This document shows, in pieces, positions 50,344 to 59,070 of a DNA stretch of 64,000 nucleotides (position 1 is the stretch's first letter; each line of letters opens with the position of its first letter). The DNA is from Candidatus Oxydemutator sp. (GTDB taxonomy: Bacteria; Pseudomonadota; Gammaproteobacteria; Poriferisulfidales; Oxydemutatoraceae), in assembly GCA_965203445.1 (NCBI GenBank), contig OZ241883.1, positions 1,536,001 to 1,600,000 of the forward strand. Direction: 5' to 3'. The notes beneath the pieces are model-generated. The model saw only the letters and a program-made list of their open reading frames with translations, did no database searches and had not been told where the DNA came from. The position numbers and the translations under genes were made by a program.

Positions 50344-51291
50344 TTAGCCGGCGCCGTGCGCGAGCAGTTCGGCGGCGCCTTTCTCCAGCAGCGCGTCGGC
50401 GGCGGCGCGCGCCAGGCGCGCGCCGCCACGCGCCGCGCCCCGGCGGTCGTCGCGCAGCAGGCGCTCGCCGTCGCCGTCGCCGACCAGCGAGCGCAGGCGC
50501 AGCCGGCCGTCGGCCAGCGTCGCGTACGCCGCCAGCGGCCAGCGGCAGTCGGCGCCCAGGTGGCGCGCGAGTGCCCGCTCGGTTTCGACGCAGACGCGCG
50601 TGTCGTGGTCATCGAGCGCCGCCAGCAACGACAACGCGCCGTCGTCGTCGGCGCGGCACGTGATTCCGATCGCGCCCTGGCCGGCGGCGGGCAACACCAC
50701 GTCGCACGGCAGCACCGCGCGGATTCGTCCGGCCAGGCCCAAGCGTTCGAGACCGGCGCAGGCGAGAATCAGGCCGTCGTAGTCGCCCGCGTCTAATCTA
50801 TCGAGGCGGGTGCCGACGTTGCCGTGCAGGTCGTGCATCGCAAGCCACGGATAGCGGTGTTTTATCTGGCAGCGGCGGCGCAGGCTGGCGCTGCCGACGA
50901 GCGCGCCGCGCGGCAGGTGTTCGAGGCTGGGGTAGTCGTTCGAGACGAATGCGTCCGTGGGTTCGGCGCGCCTCAGGACGGCGGCCACGACCAGGCCGTC
51001 GGGGATGGTTGCGGGCACGTCTTTCATCGAGTGCACCGCCAGGTCGGCATGCCCGTCCAGCAGACTGCGGTCGAGTTCCCGGGTGAACAGTCCCTTGCCG
51101 CCAGCGGCGCCCATGGTGCTCGAGGCCCACGCCGTCGGCGCGTCGCCGCGCGTCGCCATGGGCGTTATCTTCGGCGCGAGCCGTGCGTCGCGCGCCCGCA
51201 GGGCGGCCGCGACCAGCTCGGCCTGGCGCAACGCGAGCGGGCTGTTGCGCGTGGCGACGCGTATCTGTTCGTGGTTCGGTGTCATCGGCAC
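50344..51291 (-). CDS. hemC: Hydroxymethylbilane synthase
   Basis: ATRNSPLAL.QA, GGKGLF, AVHSMKDVP, SLRR, GNVGTRL, LPAAGQGA, cofactor Cys in LGADC. Confidence 0.96.
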   Translation of the reverse strand: MPMTPNHEQIRVATRNSPLALRQAELVAAALRARDARLAPKITPMATRGDAPTAWASSTMGAAGGKGLFTRELDRSLLDGHADLAVHSMKDVPATIPDGLVVAAVLRRAEPTDAFVSNDYPSLEHLPRGALVGSASLRRRCQIKHRYPWLAMHDLHGNVGTRLDRLDAGDYDGLILACAGLERLGLAGRIRAVLPCDVVLPAAGQGAIGITCRADDDGALSLLAALDDHDTRVCVETERALARHLGADCRWPLAAYATLADGRLRLRSLVGDGDGERLLRDDRRGAARGGARLARAAADALLEKGAAELLAHGAG

Positions 51292-51314
51292 CCCGTCGGC
51301 GCATGGTACGCGAT

Positions 51315-51346
51315 GCGCCGGCGCGCGTCATCACGCGCGCCGGCGC
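51315..51346. other. Perfect 14-bp GC hairpin between algR and hemC
   Basis: GCGCCGGCGCGCGT-CATC-ACGCGCGCCGGCGC; no U tail. Confidence 0.45.
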
Positions 51347-52123
51347 TCAATAATAGTCGTGCGCGTCGTGTCCTTCCGGTTCCCGCAGCACCACCTCGAA
51401 TTGTTTCATGAAGTCGCGGATCTTGGCGACGTGGCGCCGGCTCACGTACAGTTTCTGCTGAAAATCCTTGAGCGACACGCGCACGCGCCCGCCGGCGTCT
51501 TTTTCAAACGACTTGATGAACGCCTTGTTGACCAGCGTGTTGCGGTGTATGCGTATCACGCGGTCGGCGAATTCCTGCTCCAGATACTTGAGAGGGTCCT
51601 CTATCAGGTTGCGCCCGGCGGTGTGATAGACCACGGTGTATTTGTGGTCGGCGCGAAACAGGATGACGTTTTTTATCGCGATCAGTTCGAGCGCCTTGCC
51701 GACGCGGCAATAGACGTGGCTGCGGGTTTTCTTGCCGGGCGGCGGTTCGCGCACGTCGAACGCGTGCATGCCGCGCAGCTGTTCGAGCTTGTCGTTCAAG
51801 CGCTCGCGCAGCACCGGCTTCAACAGATAGCCGGCGGCGTTGAGACCGAACGCGGCGAACGCATGCTGCACGTAGGCGGTCGTGAACACGATCCGCGGCG
51901 GGTGCTCGGCGTGGCCGATGTGGTACGCCGCCTCCAGGCCGTCCATGCCGGGCATGTGTATGTCCATCAACACGACGTCCACGCCCAGCTCGTCCACCTT
52001 GCGCACGGCGTCGAAGCCGTTGCCCGCGTGTCCGGCGACGCAGCACCCGGGCGCGTCGCCGACCATCCGGCTCAGGCGTTCGCAGGCGCTCTTGTCGTCA
52101 TCCACGATCAATATGCTCATCAT
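51347..52123 (-). CDS. algR: LytTR-family response regulator (AlgR-like)
   Basis: IVDDD, MDIHMPGMDG, FTTAY, YLLKP, ADHKY, RIHRN, VSRRH; synteny with hemC and argH. Confidence 0.9.
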   Translation of the reverse strand: MMSILIVDDDKSACERLSRMVGDAPGCCVAGHAGNGFDAVRKVDELGVDVVLMDIHMPGMDGLEAAYHIGHAEHPPRIVFTTAYVQHAFAAFGLNAAGYLLKPVLRERLNDKLEQLRGMHAFDVREPPPGKKTRSHVYCRVGKALELIAIKNVILFRADHKYTVVYHTAGRNLIEDPLKYLEQEFADRVIRIHRNTLVNKAFIKSFEKDAGGRVRVSLKDFQQKLYVSRRHVAKIRDFMKQFEVVLREPEGHDAHDYY

Positions 52124-52943
52124 CGTCTCTCTCCAGAGGAATGTTGATTTTCACGCGGTATTCCCGCGCTCGCTGTCCTCCGGAAAAATCGAAATCGGCG
52201 CCGTAGGCGTCGTGCAGGCGCAGGCGGATGTTTTTTTGCGCCATGAGGTTGCCGTGCCGATGGTGGTGCGCCGGCTGCGCCGGGTTGCGGACGTCGAACG
52301 TCAGGCGCCGTCCGCGCACCGCCACGGCGACGTGCACGTCGCCGCCGTCCGGGCGCGGCTCGACGCCGTGATAGATCGCGTTCTCGATCAGCGGCTGCAA
52401 GATCAGCGACGGCACGAGTATCGCCGCGGTATCGCCGCAACGCAGCCGCCACTTGACGCGCAGCCTGACCCCCAGCCGCCGGCGCTCGATCTCGACGTAG
52501 CGCCGTGCCACCCGGACTTCCTCGGCCAGCGTCGTTCGCTTTTTCTGGGACAGCATCATCCTGAAAATTTCCGACAGGTGTCCAAGATTAGCCTCGGCTA
52601 CGTCCGGGCGCGTCTTTATCAGATGAACGGTAGCATTTAGGGTGTTGAACAGAAAATGCCAGCGGATGCGCTGTAGCGGGGCGTCGTCCTCGGCGTCGCG
52701 CCGCCGGGCGCCGCGCAGGCGCCGCAGCATGAGCGCGGTCAGGGCGCAGCCCGCCAGTTGCAGTGCCACGATCAGCGGCGCCAGGAAACCGGGGGAACCG
52801 CCGCCGAGCGCGAAGTGCAGGGAGACGAGGACGACGACGGCGAGCGAGGCCGCACAGGACAGGTATATAATACCTCTGGCGGTCGTTCGGCCCAGTTGCT
52901 TTAACAGCGCGTCGCCCCCGCCCCGAACGGGTATGGAAGGCAT
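52098..52943 (-). CDS. LytS/FimS(AlgZ)-type sensor histidine kinase, short sensor region
   Basis: HFLFNTLN, LAEE, IE..RLG.RL, LQPLIENAIYHG, NIRLRL. Confidence 0.88.
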   Translation of the reverse strand: MPSIPVRGGGDALLKQLGRTTARGIIYLSCAASLAVVVLVSLHFALGGGSPGFLAPLIVALQLAGCALTALMLRRLRGARRRDAEDDAPLQRIRWHFLFNTLNATVHLIKTRPDVAEANLGHLSEIFRMMLSQKKRTTLAEEVRVARRYVEIERRRLGVRLRVKWRLRCGDTAAILVPSLILQPLIENAIYHGVEPRPDGGDVHVAVAVRGRRLTFDVRNPAQPAHHHRHGNLMAQKNIRLRLHDAYGADFDFSGGQRAREYRVKINIPLERDDDEHIDRG

Positions 52944-53035
52944 TATTATCCTTGTTTTTGTTGCCTTGCGGGGCGCAACCCCATGCGTTGCGCGGTCACA
53001 ATGGTAGCCGCTGCCACCGCCGCCTTTTTCATCCG

Positions 53036-54457
53036 ATGAGTGAGAAAACCAGCCAATCTAAACCGTGGGGTGGGCGTTTCCGGGAGGCGGTGGAGCGCCG
53101 CGTCGAGTGCTTTACCGCGTCGGTGGACGTTGACCGGCGGCTGTACGCCGAGGACATCGAAGGCTCGATCGCGCATGCCCGGGCGCTGGAGAAGGTCGGC
53201 GTGCTGACGCCCGCCGAGGCGCGCGCCATCGCCCGCGCCCTGGCCGAGATTCGCGCCGAGATCGAGGACGGGCGCTTCGCGTGGAAGGAGTCGCTCGAGG
53301 ACGTGCACATGAACATCGAGGCGCGCCTGATAGAGATGACGGGCGACGCCGGCAAGAAGCTCCATACCGCGCGTTCGCGCAACGACCAGGTGGCGACCGA
53401 CCTGAGGCTTTATCTCGACCGCCAAGCGCTTGCGATGCGCCTGGAGATACGCCGCCTGCAGGCGGCCGTCGTCGGCGTCGCGGCGCGCGAGAGCGACAGC
53501 GTGATGCCCGCGTTCACGCATTTGCAGGTGGCGCAGCCGGTCACTTTCGGGCACCACATGATGGCCTGGTTCGAGATGCTCAAGCGCGACGACGCGCGCT
53601 TTTGCGACGTGCGCGGGCGTATCGGCGTGCTGCCGCTCGGCAGCGGCGCCGGCGCCGGCGTCAACTACGCGCTCGACCGTGACGGGATCGCCGCGGCGCT
53701 CGGTTTCGACGCGGTCTCGGACAACTCGCTGGACGCCGTCTCGGACCGCGATTTTGCGATCGAGTTTTGCGCCGCCTGCGCGTTGCTGATGATGCACCTG
53801 TCGCGTTTTTGCGAGGAGCTGGTGTTGTGGGCGTCGCCGCAATTCGGTTTCATCACGCTGCCCGACCGCTACTGCACCGGTTCCTCGATCATGCCGCAGA
53901 AGAAGAACCCGGACGTGGCCGAACTGGTGCGCGGCAAGAGCGCGCGCGTGTACGGCGCGCTGATGGCGATGCTGACGCTGATGAAGGCGCAACCGCTGGC
54001 CTACAACCGCGACAACCAGGAGGACAAGGACATCCTGTTCGACGCGCTCGACACGACGCTCGCCTGCGTCGGCGTGCTCGCCGACGTGCTGCCGGCGATG
54101 CGCGTTATGCGCGCGCGCCTTGCCGAGGCCGCGCAAAGCGGCTTCTCGACCGCCACCGACCTTGCCGACTATCTGGTGTCGTTGCAAGTGCCGTTTCGCG
54201 ACGCACACCGCGCCGTCGGGCGCGCCGTTGCGCTGGCCGCCGACAGCGGACGCACGCTGCACCAGATCAGCGCGGAGGAACTCGCGCAACTGTGCCCGCA
54301 AGCCGCGATCGAGGTCGCGCCGGCGAGTGTCGCGCAACCCGCCGACTCGTTGCGCGCGAAGCGCGCCCACGGCGGCCCGGCGCCGGAATTGGTCAGGCGA
54401 CAGATCGCCCGCGCGCAAGAATACCTGGCCGAACCGCTCGCGGGTGAGCGCAAATGA
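53036..54457 (+). CDS. argH: Argininosuccinate lyase
   Basis: WGGRF, EDVHMNIE, RSRNDQVATD, THLQ.AQP, GSSIMPQKKNPD, YNRDNQEDK. Confidence 0.97.
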   Translation: MSEKTSQSKPWGGRFREAVERRVECFTASVDVDRRLYAEDIEGSIAHARALEKVGVLTPAEARAIARALAEIRAEIEDGRFAWKESLEDVHMNIEARLIEMTGDAGKKLHTARSRNDQVATDLRLYLDRQALAMRLEIRRLQAAVVGVAARESDSVMPAFTHLQVAQPVTFGHHMMAWFEMLKRDDARFCDVRGRIGVLPLGSGAGAGVNYALDRDGIAAALGFDAVSDNSLDAVSDRDFAIEFCAACALLMMHLSRFCEELVLWASPQFGFITLPDRYCTGSSIMPQKKNPDVAELVRGKSARVYGALMAMLTLMKAQPLAYNRDNQEDKDILFDALDTTLACVGVLADVLPAMRVMRARLAEAAQSGFSTATDLADYLVSLQVPFRDAHRAVGRAVALAADSGRTLHQISAEELAQLCPQAAIEVAPASVAQPADSLRAKRAHGGPAPELVRRQIARAQEYLAEPLAGERK

Positions 54458-55143
54458 AAGTGAAACGGCGAATGTTGGGGGATGCGAAAAGAATGCTCCT
54501 GAGAATGATTCTGCGCACCCCCTGGCTCGGGGCAAGGTATGTATCGTTCAGCGAATGGCGCGCATCGAAGCGGATAATCTCCGCATGGGAGAGAGATGGA
54601 AGGCCAGTGCCTCCGCCGCCCGAGGTCAAACATCGGACTTTGATAGATTACGCGCGCAAGTATGGACTTTCGATACTGGTCGAGACCGGAACGCTCATGG
54701 GAGGCACGGTTGCGGCGGTGGAACACGCTTTCGATCGGGTATATACTATCGAAATAGATGATACCTTGTTCAAGGCGGCCAGCAAAAGATTCGAGCAAGC
54801 GCGAAATATAGAGGTGATTCATGGAGACAGTGGCGTCGTGCTCGGAAAATTGATGGCTATGATAAGAGAGCCCGCCTTGTTCTGGCTGGACGGGCATTAT
54901 TCCGGCGGCATCACCGGGCGCGGTGCGAAAGACACGCCCATCCTCGAAGAATTAACGGCTATATTCAACGCTCCGGACCTAGGGCACGTGATCATTATTG
55001 ACGACGCCCGTGACTTCGGAACCGGCCCCGATTATCCGGGCCTGGGTGAATTGATCGAGTTTATCCAATCGGGCGGGTCGGGATATGACGTCGTCGTTCG
55101 GGATGACAGCATCAGGGCAACGCCGCGCGCGCCCGGGGGATGA
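54454..55143 (+). CDS. Putative class I SAM-dependent methyltransferase-like protein
   Basis: LVETGT..G, TIEID, HGDS, FWLDGHYSGG, IDDAR; visibly more AT-rich than the flanks. Confidence 0.7.
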   Translation: MKVKRRMLGDAKRMLLRMILRTPWLGARYVSFSEWRASKRIISAWERDGRPVPPPPEVKHRTLIDYARKYGLSILVETGTLMGGTVAAVEHAFDRVYTIEIDDTLFKAASKRFEQARNIEVIHGDSGVVLGKLMAMIREPALFWLDGHYSGGITGRGAKDTPILEELTAIFNAPDLGHVIIIDDARDFGTGPDYPGLGELIEFIQSGGSGYDVVVRDDSIRATPRAPGG

Positions 55144-56081
55144 AAACGACGAAGTCACCGACGTGGCTGTCGGAATACAAACGCGACGTATATTCGCAGA
55201 CCGGCGAAGACGGAATTATTGAAAAGATACTGGAGGTAATTCCTGAAAATGACCAGTGGTGCGTGGAATTCGGCGCATGGGACGGGAGGCACCTGAGCAA
55301 CACGTGCCATTTGATTGAAGGCAAGGGATATTCGGCGGTCCTGATCGAAGGCGACGAGGAAAAATTTCAGCGTTTGCAGGAAAGGTTTGGTGGCATGGAC
55401 GCCGTGATTCCGATAAACCGCTTTGTCGGATTCACGGGGTCGGACAATCTCGATCAGATTTTGGGGCGCACCCCGGTGCCCGTTGATTTCGATCTGCTTT
55501 CGATTGATATAGACGGAAATGACTACCACGTCTGGAAAGCCACCGAGAAATACAGACCGAAGGCGGTCGTTATCGAGTTCAACCCCACTGTTCCCACGTG
55601 TGTGCGGTTTGTCCAGCCCGCGCATCCGTCCGTCGCCCAGGGAGCGAGTTTATTGTCTCTTGTCGAATTGGCGAAGGAAAAAGGCTATGAGCTCGTGTCG
55701 GTGCTGCCGCACAATGCTTTTTTCGTAAGGCAGGAGTACTACGAGAGATTCCAGATCGAATCGAACGCCCCCGAGGTTCTTCGAACCGACCTGAGTTGCG
55801 TTACTTGGCTGTTCTCGGGATATGACGGTACGGTTTTCCTGACGGGAAGTTGCAGGTTGCCCTGGCATGGCTACCCCATGAGGGCCTCGAGCATTCAATG
55901 CCTGCCGAAGTTTTTTCGGACTTATCCGGCGGATTGGAGGATGCGAAAACGACTTGCCTATTACTTGTACCGGCTGTTCCTACTCAGAGATCGAACCGAT
56001 CTCTTGCTATCTTCGAGCGAGATCAAGATGTTTTTGGGCGAGACCAAGCGGAAGATTCTCAGGCTGATAAAACGCACTTGA
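55140..56081 (+). CDS. FkbM-like methyltransferase-domain protein
   Basis: YSQTGEDG, VEFGAWDG..SN, LLSIDIDGNDYHVW, IEFNP, GASL..L, NAFFV. Confidence 0.78.
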   Translation: MKTTKSPTWLSEYKRDVYSQTGEDGIIEKILEVIPENDQWCVEFGAWDGRHLSNTCHLIEGKGYSAVLIEGDEEKFQRLQERFGGMDAVIPINRFVGFTGSDNLDQILGRTPVPVDFDLLSIDIDGNDYHVWKATEKYRPKAVVIEFNPTVPTCVRFVQPAHPSVAQGASLLSLVELAKEKGYELVSVLPHNAFFVRQEYYERFQIESNAPEVLRTDLSCVTWLFSGYDGTVFLTGSCRLPWHGYPMRASSIQCLPKFFRTYPADWRMRKRLAYYLYRLFLLRDRTDLLLSSSEIKMFLGETKRKILRLIKRT

Positions 56082-56151
56082 CGCCGCGCCCGGGTCGGCG
56101 TCGCGGCCCATCGTCCGCCGGGGTCGGCGCGACGCAATCCGGCGTTTTCCG

Positions 56152-56466
56152 CTAGCGGATTTGTTCCTCGTGACTTTCCGAGCGGCCGAGATTGTCCGCC
56201 CACGTGAGCGTGACGTTCTCGCCCTTGTCGCCGCCGTCGAACTTGAAGGCGACGAACGGGTTCTTCGACACGCCGGTTCCCCAGTACGCCTCGAACACCT
56301 TTTCGTCCTTGTATTCGCATACGATCCGCTGGATGAAATGCGCCGGCACGAGTTCGCCGCTGTCGCGATCGCGTCGTCGCCCGGTCTCCATCGGGTGGGT
56401 GATCAGCGCCTTGACGGTCACGCCGTCGCCGTCCTTGCGCGCGCGCATCTTGATCGAGTCCGCCAT
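56152..56466 (-). CDS. soxZ: Thiosulfate oxidation carrier complex protein SoxZ
   Basis: HPMETG.R.D..G..VPAHFI, GVSKNP, W.DN.G. Confidence 0.93.
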   Translation of the reverse strand: MADSIKMRARKDGDGVTVKALITHPMETGRRRDRDSGELVPAHFIQRIVCEYKDEKVFEAYWGTGVSKNPFVAFKFDGGDKGENVTLTWADNLGRSESHEEQIR

Positions 56467-56479
56467 CGCCGCCCCCGCC

Positions 56480-56926
56480 TCAGCCGCAGCCGCCGGCGGT
56501 CACGCGCACCGTCTCGCGGCGGCTGTACCAGCGCCCGTCGGCCTTGACCAGCGCGACGACGTCGGAAGTCTCGCGCACTTTGAGATTGGTCGCGACGTAC
56601 GGGCGGCTTTGCCCGTGCATCACGAATTGCGACGTCAGCGGAACCGGGTTTTTCTCGACCAGCAGGCTGATGGATTCGACGCCATCCAGTCGCGCCTCAA
56701 CCTCGACGCGCACGGCGCCGCCGTCCTCGGCGACCCCGGGCACCTTCAGCCGGATCGCGTCGCTGTCGCGCGGCTGGCCGCCGGCGAGCAGGGCCAGCGT
56801 GCGGTCGAACTCGGTCGTCGTGAACAATTCTTTCGGCCAGTTCGCGAACAGCCGCGCCGGCGCCGCCGCCAGCAGCGACAACAGCGCGGCGCCCCCGCGC
56901 AAAAATTTTCTTCGATACTCGTTCAT
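56480..56926 (-). CDS. soxY: Thiosulfate oxidation carrier protein SoxY
   Basis: Tat RRKFL; P..AEDG, VEKNP.PL, C-terminal swinging arm VRVTAGGCG. Confidence 0.92.
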   Translation of the reverse strand: MNEYRRKFLRGGAALLSLLAAAPARLFANWPKELFTTTEFDRTLALLAGGQPRDSDAIRLKVPGVAEDGGAVRVEVEARLDGVESISLLVEKNPVPLTSQFVMHGQSRPYVATNLKVRETSDVVALVKADGRWYSRRETVRVTAGGCG

Positions 56927-57000
56927 GATGCGGCGTCCGGGCGACTTCACGTTAATGTGATGATACACTCGACACCCCAATCATACCACGGCCCCCCGAC

Positions 57001-57120
57001 GTGACGACACGAATCCTGGCATTCCTGGCCGCCGTGCTCGGCGCGGCGGCGCTCGCCTCGTGCGGGAAGACGGGCGATCTCTATCTGCCGGACGAGGAGC
57101 GGGTTTCGCGCCGGCAATGA
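57001..57120 (+). CDS. lptM: Small lipoprotein LptM/YifL (LppL) family
   Basis: Below the ORF-track cutoff; MTTRILAFLAAVLGAAALASCGKTGDLYLPD... matches CGxxGxLYLP; ATGA-coupled to lysA as in other Gammaproteobacteria. Confidence 0.85.
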   Translation: MTTRILAFLAAVLGAAALASCGKTGDLYLPDEERVSRRQ

Positions 57121-58412
57121 GCGATCCGGAGACGAGCAGCCCGGAAGCGCGCGGCGGGTTCGGCGCCTGCCCGTTGTTGCGCCGCGCCGCCGACGGCCTG
57201 CGCCTCGACGGCGTGCGCCTTTCCGACGTCGCCCGCCGCTTCGGCACGCCCGCCTACGTTTATACGAGAAGCGGCATCGAGAACAACTGGCGGCGCGTGG
57301 ACGCAGCCTTCGGCGCGCGCGCGCACCTCGTCTGCTACGCCGTCAAGGCTTGTTCCAACCTCGCGGTGCTCGGCGTGCTGGCGCGTCTCGGCAGCGGTTT
57401 CGACGTCGTCTCCGGCGGCGAGCTTGCGCGCGTGTTGCAAGCCGGCGGCGACCCGCGAAAGATCGTGTTTTCCGGCGTCGGCAAGCAACGCTGGGAAATC
57501 GAGCGGGCGCTCGCCGCCGGCATCGGCTGCTTCAACGTCGAGTCGGCCGAGGAACTCGGCCTGCTTGAGCAAATCGCGGGCGAGCAGGAGCGCGTCGCGC
57601 CGGTGGCGGTGCGCGTCAACCCGGACGTGGACGCCGACACCCATCCGCACGTCGCCACCGGATTGCGCGAAAGCAAGTTCGGCGTCGCCGCGGTCGAAGC
57701 CGGGGCGCTCTACGACGAGATCCGCCGCAGCCCGTTGCTCGAGGCGCGCGGCGTGGATTGCCACATCGGTTCGCAGGTGACCGAGACCGCGCCGTACCGC
57801 CGGGCGCTGCAATCGGTGCTGGAGCTTGCCGACGAGCTCGCGCGGCGCGGCGACGACCTGGCCCACGTCGACGTCGGCGGCGGTTTCGGCATTGCCTACG
57901 CCGACGCCAGTCCGCCGCCGGTCGAGGACTACGTGCGCGTGATTGTCGACGCCGTCGGCGCGCGTCCGTATCGCATCCTGGTCGAGCCGGGGCGCTCGAT
58001 CGTCGGCGACGCCGGCGTGTTGTTGACCACGGTGCTGCGCTGCAAGCGCAACGGGGGCAGAGACTTCGCGGTGGTGGACGCGGCGATGAACGACTTGGCG
58101 CGGCCGATGCTCTACCAGGCGCGCCACGACGTCGTCGCGGTGCGCGAGCGCGGCGGCGAGCCGCGCGCGTTCGACGTCGTAGGCCCGGTATGCGAGAGCG
58201 GCGACGTGCTGGGACGGGCGCGCCTGGCCGGTGTGCGCAGCGGCACTCTGCTCGCGATCCTGTCGGCGGGCGCCTACGGCTTCTCGATGGCCGGCAACTA
58301 CAATTCGAGACCGCGCCCGGTCGAGGTCATGACGCACCGCGGTGCCGCGCACCTCGTGCGCCTGCGCGAGAGCATCCGGGATCTTATGCAGGGCGAACGC
58401 CCGTTGCAGTGA
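57117..58412 (+). CDS. lysA: Diaminopimelate decarboxylase
   Basis: YAVKA (PLP Lys), [36 protein letters not shown]. Confidence 0.96.
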   Translation: MSDPETSSPEARGGFGACPLLRRAADGLRLDGVRLSDVARRFGTPAYVYTRSGIENNWRRVDAAFGARAHLVCYAVKACSNLAVLGVLARLGSGFDVVSGGELARVLQAGGDPRKIVFSGVGKQRWEIERALAAGIGCFNVESAEELGLLEQIAGEQERVAPVAVRVNPDVDADTHPHVATGLRESKFGVAAVEAGALYDEIRRSPLLEARGVDCHIGSQVTETAPYRRALQSVLELADELARRGDDLAHVDVGGGFGIAYADASPPPVEDYVRVIVDAVGARPYRILVEPGRSIVGDAGVLLTTVLRCKRNGGRDFAVVDAAMNDLARPMLYQARHDVVAVRERGGEPRAFDVVGPVCESGDVLGRARLAGVRSGTLLAILSAGAYGFSMAGNYNSRPRPVEVMTHRGAAHLVRLRESIRDLMQGERPLQ

Positions 58413-58444
58413 CGCCGGCGCCGTTCGTATATAATGTCGCCGCA

Positions 58445-58861
58445 ATGGACTTGCTGTTCCTGAAATCGAAACTGCATCGGGCGCGGGTCACGCACGCGCG
58501 TCTCGACTACGAGGGTTCGTGCGCGATAGACGGAGAGTTGCTCGAGCTTGCGCAAATCGCCGAACACGAGCGGATCGAAATCTACAACTTGTCGAACGGC
58601 GAGCGCTTGGCCACTTATGCGATCGCCGCCGAACGCGGCAGCCGCGTGTTGTCGTGCAACGGTGCCGCGGCGCGCAAAGCGGTGCCCGGCGATCTGGTGA
58701 TCGTGTGCGCCTACGCGATTTTGTCACGGCAGGAAGCCGCGGCGCACGTGCCGGTGTCGGTCGCCGTCGACGATGCCAACAACCCCGTGCGCGTAACCGG
58801 CGGCGGGCCGGTGCCGGTCGCACGGGCGCGCTCGGCGGGCGGGCGTCCCCGGCCGGTGTAA
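58445..58861 (+). CDS. panD: Aspartate 1-decarboxylase
   Basis: [10 protein letters not shown]...YEGS (G-S cleavage site), NGERL.TYAI, NGAAAR. Confidence 0.95.
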   Translation: MDLLFLKSKLHRARVTHARLDYEGSCAIDGELLELAQIAEHERIEIYNLSNGERLATYAIAAERGSRVLSCNGAAARKAVPGDLVIVCAYAILSRQEAAAHVPVSVAVDDANNPVRVTGGGPVPVARARSAGGRPRPV

Positions 58862-59070
58862 CCGCCGGCGCCCCCCCGGCTTCCACTTTACTCTTATGTA
58901 TTTGATTATTGTAGGATTACTTATCGGCAGGGGGGCACTTGGCCGCCCTGCCAGCCGCTTTGCGGTGCGTGGGGACGAGGACTTGATTATGGCGGCCATT
59001 GGTGTATGATGCGCCCCTTGATTGCAGGCCTTTGCTTTGTTTTAACACCACAGTCATGGGAAGAACCCAT

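Noticed and set aside
58862-59070. AT-rich leader with a GC hairpin upstream of the giant adhesin, considered as a riboswitch
   Set aside because: No recognisable c-di-GMP or other riboswitch consensus by eye; an Rfam/Infernal scan would be needed.
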